From: Candidatus Marinacidobacterales bacterium
GTDB lineage: Bacteria; Acidobacteriota; Vicinamibacteria; Marinacidobacterales; SMYC01
DNA: 64,000 nt
Direction: 5' to 3'
Assembly: GCA_965224085.1 (NCBI GenBank)
Contig: CBDCYI010000009.1
Coordinates: 224,001-288,000 of the forward strand
The translations under genes and the position numbers were made by a program. The notes beneath the pieces are model-generated. The model was not told the origin of the DNA and made no database searches. It saw only the letters and a list, made by a program, of their open reading frames with translations. Shown one piece after another: positions 41,342 through 51,219 of the stretch (position 1 is its first letter; every line of letters begins with the position of its first letter).

Positions 41342-41492
41342 GACATCCCTCCTGTACAAACAAACTCAATAAAGCTCGGCGTAGCGAGCCGAATGCTCCG
41401 AGCATCCTATACCCAGCCGTGCGCCGCTTCAACCCTCGAATGAGGTTTGCATCGTGGGCGAACCCCGCTAACATGCGGGTGCCATCGAATTT

Positions 41493-44400
41493 ATGTCACA
41501 CCCTATCTTGTTCGTCGCGCCGTCGGCCGCGGCAAGACGTCGACGGGCCCAAGACATCGTACGCGATCTGCCCCGAAGCAGCCCGCTCTTGCTGCTCTCG
41601 AAAGAGCAGGAATCTGCGGATCACTTCGTCAGGGAGCTCGCCGCGGAAAGGGGATCGCTCTTCGCCGTTCGACGTTTGACCCTCGACGCCCTTGCCTATG
41701 AGCTCGCTCTTCCGGCGCTCGCCCGCGCAGGAAGAACCTCTCACAGCCGCCTCGGTCAAGAAGCAGTGATGGCGCGCGTCGTTCACCAGGGAGTTCGAGA
41801 CAACTCCCTGGGAAGACTCACGAGCGTCGCAGACGGGCCGGGTCTCGTGCGCGCTCTGACCTCCACGATCCAGGAGTGCCGTCTGCACGGCGTGACCACC
41901 GCGTCGCTCAAAGCACTCGGCGCGGAGGGCAAAGTCCTCCGGCACGTCGCCGAGGCCTACGAAGCGATCTCCCGCGAGCACGGCGTCGCCGACCGCTCTC
42001 ACGTGTTGGCGCAGGCACTCGACGCACTCGACGCTTTCGCCGGCAACCACGTCGCGGTACCGTGCGTTCTCCTCGATGTGCTCATAGAAACGCCGGCGGA
42101 GGCGAAGCTCGTGAGAGCACTCGCCGAGCGCGCGCCGACCGCGGTCGCTACCGTACCGGCGGGCGACGATCTCTCGTTGCGTTACTTGGTCGACGCCCTC
42201 GGCTGCGACGCCGAGGTACTCCCTGCTGAAGGCCCCCCGTCGCTTCGCGCTCTTCAGCAATATCTTTTCAGCGACGAAGCGCCCCCCCCTCAGGAAGAAG
42301 CGCACGAAGTCACGATTCTCTCCGCCCCCGGCGAAGCCCAAGAGGCCGTCGAGATCGTGCGGGCTGTCCAAGACGCCGCCGCGGCGGGGACACCCTTCGA
42401 CGAGATTGCGGTCTTGCTGCGCTCCCCCGGGAGCTATACGACGCTGCTCGAAGACGCATTCGGCCGCGCGGAAATCCCCGCTCACTTCGAGTGCGGTACG
42501 ACGCGCCCCGATCCCGCGGGGCGCGCTTTCTTAGCACTCATGGACTGCGCGGCGGAAGAGCTGAGCGCCACCCGTTTCGCCGAGTATCTCTCTTTGGCGC
42601 AACTACCCAAGCTCGACGCCGAGGGTCTACCGGTGCCGTCCGAGGCTTTGCCCGAGGACGAAGACATTCTCTGGGTACCGCCGAAACATGCTCTCGCGCC
42701 CAAAACGGCCGAAGCGATGGAGCCGGTACAACTCGACCTTTTTACCGAGCCCGAGAAACTCGATGAGCCGGAAAAGGCCATAGCGATTGAGGGAGGGTTG
42801 CGCGCACCGTGGCGATGGGAAAAGCTCCTCGTGGACGCCGCGGTCATTGGCAGCCACGCGCGCTGGGAGCGTCGCCTTGCAGGTCTCGGACGGGAGCTCG
42901 AGATCCGACTCCTAGAAGTCGAAGATCAAGACAGCGCCGAAGCGGAGTCACTACAACGGGAGTGTCTTGACCTCGAGCACTTGAAACGCTATGCCCTCCC
43001 ACTCGTAGAAGTTCTCGCGGAGTTTCCCACACAAGCTCTATGGGGCGGATGGATCGAAGCGCTCGAGCGGCTCGCAATGCGGGCCCTCACCCGCCCGGAA
43101 GGCGTGCTCGCGATTCTCGAGGAGCTGCGCCCGATGAGCTCCGTCGGTCCCGTCGATTGGATGGAAGTCCGCGACGTTTTGAGCGAACGCCTCACGCTGC
43201 TCTCGCAACGCCCGAAAGACTACCGTTACGGAAAAGTTTGGATCGCGCCCATCGACGCCGTGCGCGGTGCGAGCTTCCAGGTGGTGCTCGTACCCGGCCT
43301 CGCGGAGCGTATGTTTCCGAGAAAAATCGTGGAGGACCCGCTTTTGCTGGACCCGAAGCGCCGCACGCTCGGGGCGGGACTTCAACTCTCGGAAGAACGG
43401 GCTTCGAACGAAAGGCTCGCTCTCAAGATCGCGATAGGCGCTGCCACAAAGCAAATCGTTTTCAGCTACCCGTCGGTCGATCTCAAGCAAGGCCGCGCCA
43501 AAGTGCCGTCTTTCTATCTTCTCGAGATCGCTCGCGCCAGCCAAGGTACTCTTCCCGATTTTGAGACGCTCGAGCGCGAGGCCGCGAGCTCGAGCGGCGC
43601 CCGCCTCGGCTGGCCAGCACCGCTCGAGCACAAGCGCGCCATCGACGCGACCGAGTTCGACCTCGCTTTTCTCGCGGACGCGCTCCGGCGGGATGCGCGG
43701 GAGGACGACGTGCGGGGCACGGGACGCTATCTCGTCGACGTGAACCCGTCACTCGCGCGATCGCTCCGCGCTAAATACCAACGGGGACGCCCGGGAAAAT
43801 TTACCTCCGTCGACGGCTATCTCGAGCCCTCCGAAAGCGCGAGAGAGACGCTTCGAGCCCAGCGCTTGAGCGCCCGCGCCTATTCGGTCACGGCACTCGA
43901 GAAGTACGCGGGCTGTCCTTATCGGTTCTATTTGAACGCAATCCTGCGACTGCGCCCGCGCGACGTCATCGAGCCCATCACGCATCTCGACGCGCTCACG
44001 CGCGGCCACATCGTTCACGAAGCGCAGTTTCACGTCATCGGCCGGCTCGAAGAAGCTGGCTTGGTCCCCGTGACGCCGGAAAATCTCGTCGAAGTGATGC
44101 GTCTGTTCGAAGTCGTGCTCGACGAGGTTACGGACGGTTTTCATGAGCAGCTCGCGCCCGCCATCGAGCGCATCTGGCAGGACGAGCTCGAGCGAATCCG
44201 CATCGACTTGCGCGGATGGATTCGCCGCGAAGCCGAGAAGACCGACGGCTTCGTCCCCTACCGGCGAGAATACACATTCGGCATGCGGCCGCGTGGGCCG
44301 GCGGATCCCTCGAGCACCCTCGACGTCGCGAAGCTCGAAGGCGGGTTGAGGCTTTGCGGTGCTATCGACCTCGTCGAAAAACGCGCGGACGGCAAAGTGC

Positions 44401-44798
44401 GGGTGACCGACCATAAGAGCGGGAAGGTGTGGATGCCGGAAAGCGCCATCCTGAACGGCGGTGAGAGCCTCCAGCCGGTTCTCTACACACTCGCCTATGA
44501 GGCGTTGACCGGCGAACAAGTCGAATCGTCGCGCCTGTACTACTGCACGGAGCGCGGCGGCTATGCCCAGCGCGTAGTGCACGTCGACGACAAAGCGCTC
44601 GAGGTAGTCGCCGAGTTTCAAAGACGCCTCGACGACATCATCGACGAAGGTTTCTTCCCCGCCTCTCCCCAGGCCAAGTTCGGGTGCCGCTTTTGCGACT
44701 ACCTCCCCGTTTGCGGACCGAGGATGGAGGTCGACGCCAAACGCAAACAAGCGGACCCTCGTCTTTCGCCTCTCAACTGGCTGCGGAATCTCACATGA
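41493..44798 (+). CDS. addB: AddB/RexB-like subunit (inactive helicase plus PD-(D/E)XK nuclease with Fe-S cysteines)
   Basis: IAVLLRS, SVTALEKYAGCPYRF, GAIDLVE, DHKSG, CRFCDYLPVC. Confidence 0.8.
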   Translation: MSHPILFVAPSAAARRRRAQDIVRDLPRSSPLLLLSKEQESADHFVRELAAERGSLFAVRRLTLDALAYELALPALARAGRTSHSRLGQEAVMARVVHQGVRDNSLGRLTSVADGPGLVRALTSTIQECRLHGVTTASLKALGAEGKVLRHVAEAYEAISREHGVADRSHVLAQALDALDAFAGNHVAVPCVLLDVLIETPAEAKLVRALAERAPTAVATVPAGDDLSLRYLVDALGCDAEVLPAEGPPSLRALQQYLFSDEAPPPQEEAHEVTILSAPGEAQEAVEIVRAVQDAAAAGTPFDEIAVLLRSPGSYTTLLEDAFGRAEIPAHFECGTTRPDPAGRAFLALMDCAAEELSATRFAEYLSLAQLPKLDAEGLPVPSEALPEDEDILWVPPKHALAPKTAEAMEPVQLDLFTEPEKLDEPEKAIAIEGGLRAPWRWEKLLVDAAVIGSHARWERRLAGLGRELEIRLLEVEDQDSAEAESLQRECLDLEHLKRYALPLVEVLAEFPTQALWGGWIEALERLAMRALTRPEGVLAILEELRPMSSVGPVDWMEVRDVLSERLTLLSQRPKDYRYGKVWIAPIDAVRGASFQVVLVPGLAERMFPRKIVEDPLLLDPKRRTLGAGLQLSEERASNERLALKIAIGAATKQIVFSYPSVDLKQGRAKVPSFYLLEIARASQGTLPDFETLEREAASSSGARLGWPAPLEHKRAIDATEFDLAFLADALRRDAREDDVRGTGRYLVDVNPSLARSLRAKYQRGRPGKFTSVDGYLEPSESARETLRAQRLSARAYSVTALEKYAGCPYRFYLNAILRLRPRDVIEPITHLDALTRGHIVHEAQFHVIGRLEEAGLVPVTPENLVEVMRLFEVVLDEVTDGFHEQLAPAIERIWQDELERIRIDLRGWIRREAEKTDGFVPYRREYTFGMRPRGPADPSSTLDVAKLEGGLRLCGAIDLVEKRADGKVRVTDHKSGKVWMPESAILNGGESLQPVLYTLAYEALTGEQVESSRLYYCTERGGYAQRVVHVDDKALEVVAEFQRRLDDIIDEGFFPASPQAKFGCRFCDYLPVCGPRMEVDAKRKQADPRLSPLNWLRNLT

Positions 44799-47700
44799 GC
44801 GAGCCACTCGCCGACCAGGCCGCGCGCGACGCCATCCAGAATGATCTCGACACGACTCTCGTGGTGGAGGCCGCGGCAGGAACGGGTAAAACAACAGCAC
44901 TCGTCGGACGGATCATCGAGATTATCAAAACGGGGCGCGGCGAGCTTCCGAGGCTCGTGGCCGTTACCTTTACGGAAAAGGCGGCGGGTGAGCTCAAGCT
45001 CCGTCTGCGCGGCGAGCTCGAGACCGCTCGCTCGCTCGCGGTCGACCCCGCGATAAAAGACGCTCGCGATATTTTGGCGCGGCTCGACCGTGGTCTCCTC
45101 CAGCTCGAGCAAGCCCATATCGGAACCATCCACGGCTTCTGCGCGGATTTGTTGAAGGAGCGCCCGCTACAGGCGAAGGTAGACCCACTGTTCGAAGTCT
45201 CGACAGAAGATGAGACCGAGCGCATTTACCGCCGCGTCTTCGATCGCTGGCTCGAAGAGAAGCTCGCCGATCCTCCGTCGGGTGTACGGCGGCAGCTGCG
45301 AAAGCGTCCTTTTCGGGACCAGGGCCCCATCGACGATCTTTATCGTGCCGGACGCTCGCTCGTCGATATCCGGGACTTCCCGACGCCTTGGGAAATTCGC
45401 TCTTTCGATCGCGAGGGCATGATCGATGACCTCCTCGAGCGCGCACGACACCTCGCGGAGATGGCGGAGAATCCTCATAGCCAGCGCGACTACCTTTTCA
45501 TGGATCTCGCAGGCTTACAGAGCTTCCTACAGGAACTACGCGGTCAGGAACAAGTCAGCGGCAAGCGCGACTACGACGCGCTCGAGCATCGCCTGCCGGC
45601 ACTCAAGCTCGGGCGGCGAAAAGGTCGCGGCGCGTTTGGCGGAAGTGGCGTTCGCGAGCAGATTCTCTCGGAGCGCGAGACGCTCGTGGACGCCATGGCA
45701 GATTTCAAGAAGCAGGTCGCGGCCGACCGCGCCGCACATCTACAAAACGAGCTTCAAGAAGTGGTGACGGGCTATCAGGACACGAAGAACAAGGCGGGCC
45801 GTCTCGATTTTCTCGACTTACTGATCCAAGCGCGCGACATGCTGCGCAATCATCTCGAGCTCCGAAAAGAGCTCCAGGACCGCTTCACCCATATCTTCGT
45901 CGACGAGTTCCAGGACACCGATCCGCTCCAAGCCGAAATTCTTCTCTTGCTCGCCTCGAGTGAGCCCGGCGAGGATCAGTGGCGGAAAGTGCGGCCGGTT
46001 CCCGGGAAGCTCTTCATCGTCGCCGATCCGAAGCAGTCCATCTATCGTTTTCGCCGCGCCGATGTATCGCTCTATCAAACCGTAAAGCGCCAGCTCGTCT
46101 CCGCGGGTGCGAAGCCGCAATATCTCAGTGTGAGCTTTCGTTCGGTGCCTGAAATCCAAGAGATGGTCAACAGTGCCATGGCGGAGGCGATGAAGCGCAC
46201 CGAGCACAACCATCAAGCCGAGTACGTGCGCCTCGAGCCTCACCGGCCGGGGATCGTCGGTCAACCGGCGGTCGTGGCGCTTCCCCTCGCACGGCCTTAC
46301 GGCGATTGGGGCTATTTGACTCAATATGCGATGGCGCGCTCCGAGCCCAACGCGGTCGCCGCCTGGGTACGCTGGCTCGTCGAGGAAAGCGGTTGGTTAG
46401 TGACCTCACGCACGAGCACAGAGCCGAGACCCGTCACGGCGTCGGACGTTTGCTTGCTCTTCCGTCGCTTCGTCAGCGGCGGGCGCTCGATTACGCAGCC
46501 CTACATCGAACAGCTACAAGGCCTCGACGTGCCACACGTGCTGATTGGAGGACGCGGCTTCCATCAACGCGAGGAGATCGAAGCCATGCGCGTCGCCCTC
46601 ACAGCGATCGAACGGCCCGATGACGAGCTCTCGGTGTTCTCCACGCTGCGAGGGCCGCTATTCAGCCTTTCAGACGACGACCTCTTCCTGTTTCGCACCG
46701 CGCACGGTCCGCTCCATCCTTTTCGCCAGACGGAAGCAGCCTCGGAGGATGTGCAGAAAGCACTCGACGTACTCGCTCACTTGCATCGCGGCCGGAACTT
46801 CCGCCCCGTAGCACTCACCATCCGCGAGCTTCTAGATGAAACGCGCGCTCAAGCGGGCTTCGCGCTCTGGCAAGCGGGTGATCAAGTTCTCGCCAATGTG
46901 CTTCGCCTCATGCAGCTCGCGCGCAACTTCGAGGAGAGCGGCGGGCTTTCGTTTCGCGGCTTCGTCGAGCACTTGGATGGGCTCGCGGAAAAAGGCGACC
47001 CCAACGAGCAGCCGCTCATCGAAGACGGGGTCGAGGGCGTGCGCCTCATGACGGTGCACAAAGCCAAAGGCCTCGAGTTCCCCGTTATCGTGCTTTGCGA
47101 CATCACGTGCAATTTTTCCATGGGCGCATCGCGTCATGTCGACCCGGAACGCAAGATCTTTGCGGTGAGGCTCGCCGGCGGGTCGCCGTGGGAGCTTCTC
47201 GACAACGAGCAAGCCGAAGGCGAGCGCGACGGCGCGGAGAGCTTGAGGCTGCTCTACGTGGCGGCGACGCGCGCAAGGGACGTGCTCGTCACGCCGGTCG
47301 TGGCGGATCGTGCCCAAGAGAGCGGCTGGGTGGGACCGCTTCTCCCCACGCTCCACCCTACGCTCAAAACGCAGCGCTTCCCCGTCGTCCCTTCGGGCTG
47401 CCCTCGTTTCACAGGTGAGGAGTGCGTTGTCGAGCGGGGTGATCGTGCCGACGTGATGCCCGGAGAAGGCGTCCGTCCGGGGCTTCACAAGCCGCAACGC
47501 GGCCTCCACCGCGTCGTATGGTGGGATCCGCATCATCTCGAGCGCGAGACCGCGACAAAGCCCGGGCTTCGGCGCTATTGGATTCTAAAAGGCCAGGAAT
47601 CGGACGGCCCGACGAAGGGCGCACGCGAGCACGAGAGCTGGTCCATCCATCGGGAAAGCCTCCTCGCGAATGGCGCGGTGAAAAGCCACCGCGTCACGAG

Positions 47701-48235
47701 CGTCACCCGTCTCGTCGACGAAGACGAGGCCGTGGTCGTTGGTGCGGCCCGCGTCGAGATTGCCGAGGTGCCCGGACGTGACCCGCAACGCCCCTCCGGA
47801 AAACGTTTCGGCTCGCTCGTGCATGAGCTTCTCGCCCGGACGGCTCTTGCGGAGCCGAGTGAGCCAAGTAATATCGAGCCGCTTGGAAGAAGCCTTGCCC
47901 GCATGTTCGGAGCTACGGAGACGGAGACCCGGGCGGCTATCGAAGCCGTGACCCGGGCGCTCGCGCATCCGATAATGGTGACGGCGCGCGACGCCGCCGA
48001 GTGCTACCGAGAGACCCCGCTTCTCGAGCGCACCGCGGATGGGCGCCTCATCGAAGGCATCGCCGATCTCGTCTTCCGCGCCCACCCCGACACCGCGTGG
48101 ACGATCGTGGATTTCAAGACCGATCTCCGGGTCGACATATCCGAAGAGGCGCATCGCCGCCAAGTCGCGCTCTATCAGCGCGCCCTCGAAGCCGCTACTA
48201 ACAGGCCCAACAAAGGCGTCCTCTTATATCTATAA
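44795..48235 (+). CDS. addA: AddA/RexA-like UvrD helicase-nuclease
   Basis: AAAGTGKT, TFTEKAA, VDEFQDT, DPKQSIYRFR, MTVHKAKGLEF, LLYVAATRA, GIADL..IVDFKT; ATGA-coupled to addB. Confidence 0.85.
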   Translation: MSEPLADQAARDAIQNDLDTTLVVEAAAGTGKTTALVGRIIEIIKTGRGELPRLVAVTFTEKAAGELKLRLRGELETARSLAVDPAIKDARDILARLDRGLLQLEQAHIGTIHGFCADLLKERPLQAKVDPLFEVSTEDETERIYRRVFDRWLEEKLADPPSGVRRQLRKRPFRDQGPIDDLYRAGRSLVDIRDFPTPWEIRSFDREGMIDDLLERARHLAEMAENPHSQRDYLFMDLAGLQSFLQELRGQEQVSGKRDYDALEHRLPALKLGRRKGRGAFGGSGVREQILSERETLVDAMADFKKQVAADRAAHLQNELQEVVTGYQDTKNKAGRLDFLDLLIQARDMLRNHLELRKELQDRFTHIFVDEFQDTDPLQAEILLLLASSEPGEDQWRKVRPVPGKLFIVADPKQSIYRFRRADVSLYQTVKRQLVSAGAKPQYLSVSFRSVPEIQEMVNSAMAEAMKRTEHNHQAEYVRLEPHRPGIVGQPAVVALPLARPYGDWGYLTQYAMARSEPNAVAAWVRWLVEESGWLVTSRTSTEPRPVTASDVCLLFRRFVSGGRSITQPYIEQLQGLDVPHVLIGGRGFHQREEIEAMRVALTAIERPDDELSVFSTLRGPLFSLSDDDLFLFRTAHGPLHPFRQTEAASEDVQKALDVLAHLHRGRNFRPVALTIRELLDETRAQAGFALWQAGDQVLANVLRLMQLARNFEESGGLSFRGFVEHLDGLAEKGDPNEQPLIEDGVEGVRLMTVHKAKGLEFPVIVLCDITCNFSMGASRHVDPERKIFAVRLAGGSPWELLDNEQAEGERDGAESLRLLYVAATRARDVLVTPVVADRAQESGWVGPLLPTLHPTLKTQRFPVVPSGCPRFTGEECVVERGDRADVMPGEGVRPGLHKPQRGLHRVVWWDPHHLERETATKPGLRRYWILKGQESDGPTKGAREHESWSIHRESLLANGAVKSHRVTSVTRLVDEDEAVVVGAARVEIAEVPGRDPQRPSGKRFGSLVHELLARTALAEPSEPSNIEPLGRSLARMFGATETETRAAIEAVTRALAHPIMVTARDAAECYRETPLLERTADGRLIEGIADLVFRAHPDTAWTIVDFKTDLRVDISEEAHRRQVALYQRALEAATNRPNKGVLLYL

Positions 48236-48292
48236 AAAAGTGGCGGCTTGGTGTGCTGGCTGCGTATCCCATGGCAGAGGGAACGCACGCAG

Positions 48293-49225
48293 ATGGCACG
48301 GATTACATTGAACCCCGGCGACAACCTGGGCAACTATCACATTCGAGCTCTTCTCGGGGTCGGCGCGATGGCGGAAGTCCACTTGGCCACGGACCGTCGT
48401 AGCGGGCGGAGTGTCGCCCTGAAGATCCTTCGGCGCGGATTCATACGCAACAAGAACTTGCTGAAGCGTTTCAGCCGCGAGGCGCGCACGCTTGCGGCGA
48501 CGAAGCATCCGAACATCGTAGCTATCCACGAAGTAGGTCAAAGTACAGGCATCCCGTACATCGCGATGGAGTACGTGCCCGGTGGGACGCTGAGAGAGCT
48601 CGTTGACGACGGCCCGATAGACCTTCACACCGTGATCGCTTTCGCCCGGCAGATCGCTGCAGGCCTCGCAGAAGCACACAAGAAAGGCGTCGTGCATCGA
48701 GATCTGAAGCCCGAGAACATCATGGTCACAGCCGACGGACAGGTGAAGATTCTCGATTTCGGCCTCTCGAAGCCGCTCGGGGCGAATAAAACCAGCAAGG
48801 CTGAGAGTGCCGAGACGAGCGAGGAGCTCACCCTGCCCGGCACTATTCTGGGAACGCTCGAATACATGTCGCCCGAGCAAGCAAGTGGCTACCGCGTCGA
48901 GTACCGCACCGACCAGTTCGCTTTTGGAGCGATCCTTTACGAATTGCTGACCGGCACGTCGGCGTTCAAGCGCGATACGGCGTTGCGCACGCTAGCCGCC
49001 ATCATCGAAGGCGCTCCCGCGCCGCTCTGTACGCACCTTCCCGGTTCCCTCCGCGCTCTCATCGCTCGCTGCATCGAAAAGGTACCCGAAGCGCGCTACG
49101 CTTCCATGGAAGCCCTTGGGGACGAACTCGGAGGAATAGAGCTCGATGACGATAGCTCGGGGAACGGGTGGCTCGCCGTGGGCGCGACGGTGCTCGCCGC
49201 GCTCGCCGCTGGCGTCCTTATCTAA
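48293..49225 (+). CDS. Hanks-type Ser/Thr protein kinase with C-terminal TM helix
   Basis: [31 protein letters not shown]. Confidence 0.93.
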   Translation: MARITLNPGDNLGNYHIRALLGVGAMAEVHLATDRRSGRSVALKILRRGFIRNKNLLKRFSREARTLAATKHPNIVAIHEVGQSTGIPYIAMEYVPGGTLRELVDDGPIDLHTVIAFARQIAAGLAEAHKKGVVHRDLKPENIMVTADGQVKILDFGLSKPLGANKTSKAESAETSEELTLPGTILGTLEYMSPEQASGYRVEYRTDQFAFGAILYELLTGTSAFKRDTALRTLAAIIEGAPAPLCTHLPGSLRALIARCIEKVPEARYASMEALGDELGGIELDDDSSGNGWLAVGATVLAALAAGVLI

Positions 49226-49275
49226 AGGCCCGCTCCTGGCACTAGATTTGAGTCAAATCCCGGCGAATGGGAGTC

Positions 49276-50874
49276 TTATCGTTCTTCGCCCGACAAAACG
49301 GGCTCGCGATCTTGAACCGGTGCCGGCGGAACCGGTACCTCAACTGGCACCGGCGGCTTAGGCGTGGGTTTCCTTCTCATGCTCATCAGCAGGCCCTCGA
49401 CGACCAGTCCGACGATCGTTCGCGAGTGCTGCAGGAGCAGCACAACCCAGTCTCGCTTGCGCACCTGAGGGAAGAAGATGCCCCGAAACGCTAGCGCAGA
49501 GCCAAACATGGTCGCCCGTTCGCTAAACGGCCGATGCGCGATCTTCCGGAGCGCCCCGCTAATGGCTGAGCGGGAGTAAGACCTTGCCCAGGCACTACGC
49601 ACCTCCGCCTCCGACTCGTCGACAGTGATGCTCTTTGGCGTAAACGCCATCCTGAACGGACGGAAATCGAGCCAGTGCGTCGGGCGCGTCAGACGCCCTT
49701 CTTTTGCCAGCCGATCGTAGAGCGGCGTCGCCGGATACGGCGTCAACAGTCCGTACACCGGCAGACCCGGCGGCCAGGATTCAATTTGATCCAGGGTGCG
49801 TGAGGCTACGCCGGGAGTGTCACCGTCCATCCCAAAGATGAAGGAGGTGATGGCGTACAGCCCGCGATCCGCCAACCGGTGCAGGATGCCTTCGTATTCC
49901 GCTGGTTTGTTGAACCCCTTGTTGACCGCTTTCAAGTTGACCGGGTCGATGGATTCCATTCCGATAAAGATCCACCGGCCGCCACTGGCGGAGATCAAGT
50001 CTAATAGCTTTTGATCGCGTAGGAGGTTGATGCTGATCTGCGCGACCCACGGCACGATAGCGTCACGCGCGATGATCGCCCGCAGCAGCGACTTGGTGCG
50101 CTTGACGTTGATGGCGAAGTTATCGTCGATGAAGAACACCGCGATGTTGCCGCCCTCTCGCTTCCCCCGTTCCTTAATGAGCAAGAGCTCTTCGACGACG
50201 CTGTCATTCGTACGGAAGCGGATCGAGTCGCCAAAGAACCCGGTCACGGTACAGAAGTCACAACCGTAGGGGCAGCCCCGGCCGGATTCGATCGGCACGA
50301 CATACAGGGATTTCCACCAACCCAGTTTCTTCAGCATCGGGTGCAGGGCCGACGGAATCAGGTTGAACTGCTCCAAATCCAATGTGTCCCAGGGGATTCT
50401 TGGATACTCGGCTAGATCCGGCTTGATTTCAGTGCCCGAGGCATCGACGGGCTCGTAGCGTTGCTTCAGTTGTCCCCGCGCCGCATCTTCCACTATGCGG
50501 GGCCAGGTCTGATCGGCTTCACCCAGTGCGACGGCATCCGCGTGCCGGGGCTCATCGGTCCGTCCGAGAGGCTCGTCGGGCACTTCGGTGACGTGGGGGC
50601 CGCCAAAGACCACCTTGGCGCCTGCGCCGCGCATGGCGTCCGCGGCCCGGTATGCGCGGGCGGCCATGCGTGTCATCGCGCCGATCCCCACGAGCTTGAT
50701 AGCGTTCTCTTTGACGAACGAGGCCAGGTCCGACTCCGACATCGGCCGCGCGTTAGCGTCGATGAGGAAGACGCGGTGCCCCGGTGGGGTTAAAGACTTC
50801 AGTAGAAACATCCAGAGATGCGGCATGAAGTTGCGCGTGACCCCGTTATCGGGGTTGTACAGCAATATATTCAT
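49276..50874 (-). CDS. B12-binding-domain radical SAM protein
   Basis: GGPHVT, GEAD, RGCPYGCDFC, FFIDDN, IGMES. Confidence 0.92.
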   Translation of the reverse strand: MNILLYNPDNGVTRNFMPHLWMFLLKSLTPPGHRVFLIDANARPMSESDLASFVKENAIKLVGIGAMTRMAARAYRAADAMRGAGAKVVFGGPHVTEVPDEPLGRTDEPRHADAVALGEADQTWPRIVEDAARGQLKQRYEPVDASGTEIKPDLAEYPRIPWDTLDLEQFNLIPSALHPMLKKLGWWKSLYVVPIESGRGCPYGCDFCTVTGFFGDSIRFRTNDSVVEELLLIKERGKREGGNIAVFFIDDNFAINVKRTKSLLRAIIARDAIVPWVAQISINLLRDQKLLDLISASGGRWIFIGMESIDPVNLKAVNKGFNKPAEYEGILHRLADRGLYAITSFIFGMDGDTPGVASRTLDQIESWPPGLPVYGLLTPYPATPLYDRLAKEGRLTRPTHWLDFRPFRMAFTPKSITVDESEAEVRSAWARSYSRSAISGALRKIAHRPFSERATMFGSALAFRGIFFPQVRKRDWVVLLLQHSRTIVGLVVEGLLMSMRRKPTPKPPVPVEVPVPPAPVQDREPVLSGEER

Positions 50875-51009
50875 AGAGGCTTTTAGGAGATCTCAGTGCT
50901 GGTTGAAGTTGTCCCGCGGATTACGGGGTCTGTCGGGCAACGACTAGGTGCATGTTTACTGCCGGAGTTTACGACTGCGTGGTCGGAAAGTAAAGCGAGT
51001 AAGCGACTT

Positions 51010-51219
51010 TCAACAGCGCACCCTATGGAGGCGTGAAACGGCCATCGGCGGCTGCCCACCACGTTCGGTGATGCGCTCGGAAACAGACTTCAACCCCTCC
51101 TCATTGACGTCGAGGGCCACGACGCGCGCCCCTTGCTCCGCGGCCGCTAGCGCTACCGCTTCTCCAATCCCGGACCCCGCACCGATGATGGCAACGACCT
51201 GGTCATGCAAGCGAAACAT
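51010..51219 (-). pseudogene. Short-chain dehydrogenase 5' fragment
   Basis: VVAIIGAGSGIGEA..GARVVALD, then similarity is lost. Confidence 0.8.

Noticed and set aside
43749-44900. Long antisense ORFs (also 41496..42485, 52639..53604, 55793..56848, 58644..59738)
   Set aside because: Shadow frames of well-supported genes in GC-rich DNA, with no motifs of their own.
41493-48235. Helicase-nuclease pair as an anti-phage system or Cas4-linked module
   Set aside because: Size, order, motifs and the four-Cys nuclease fit ordinary AddAB-type resection enzymes.
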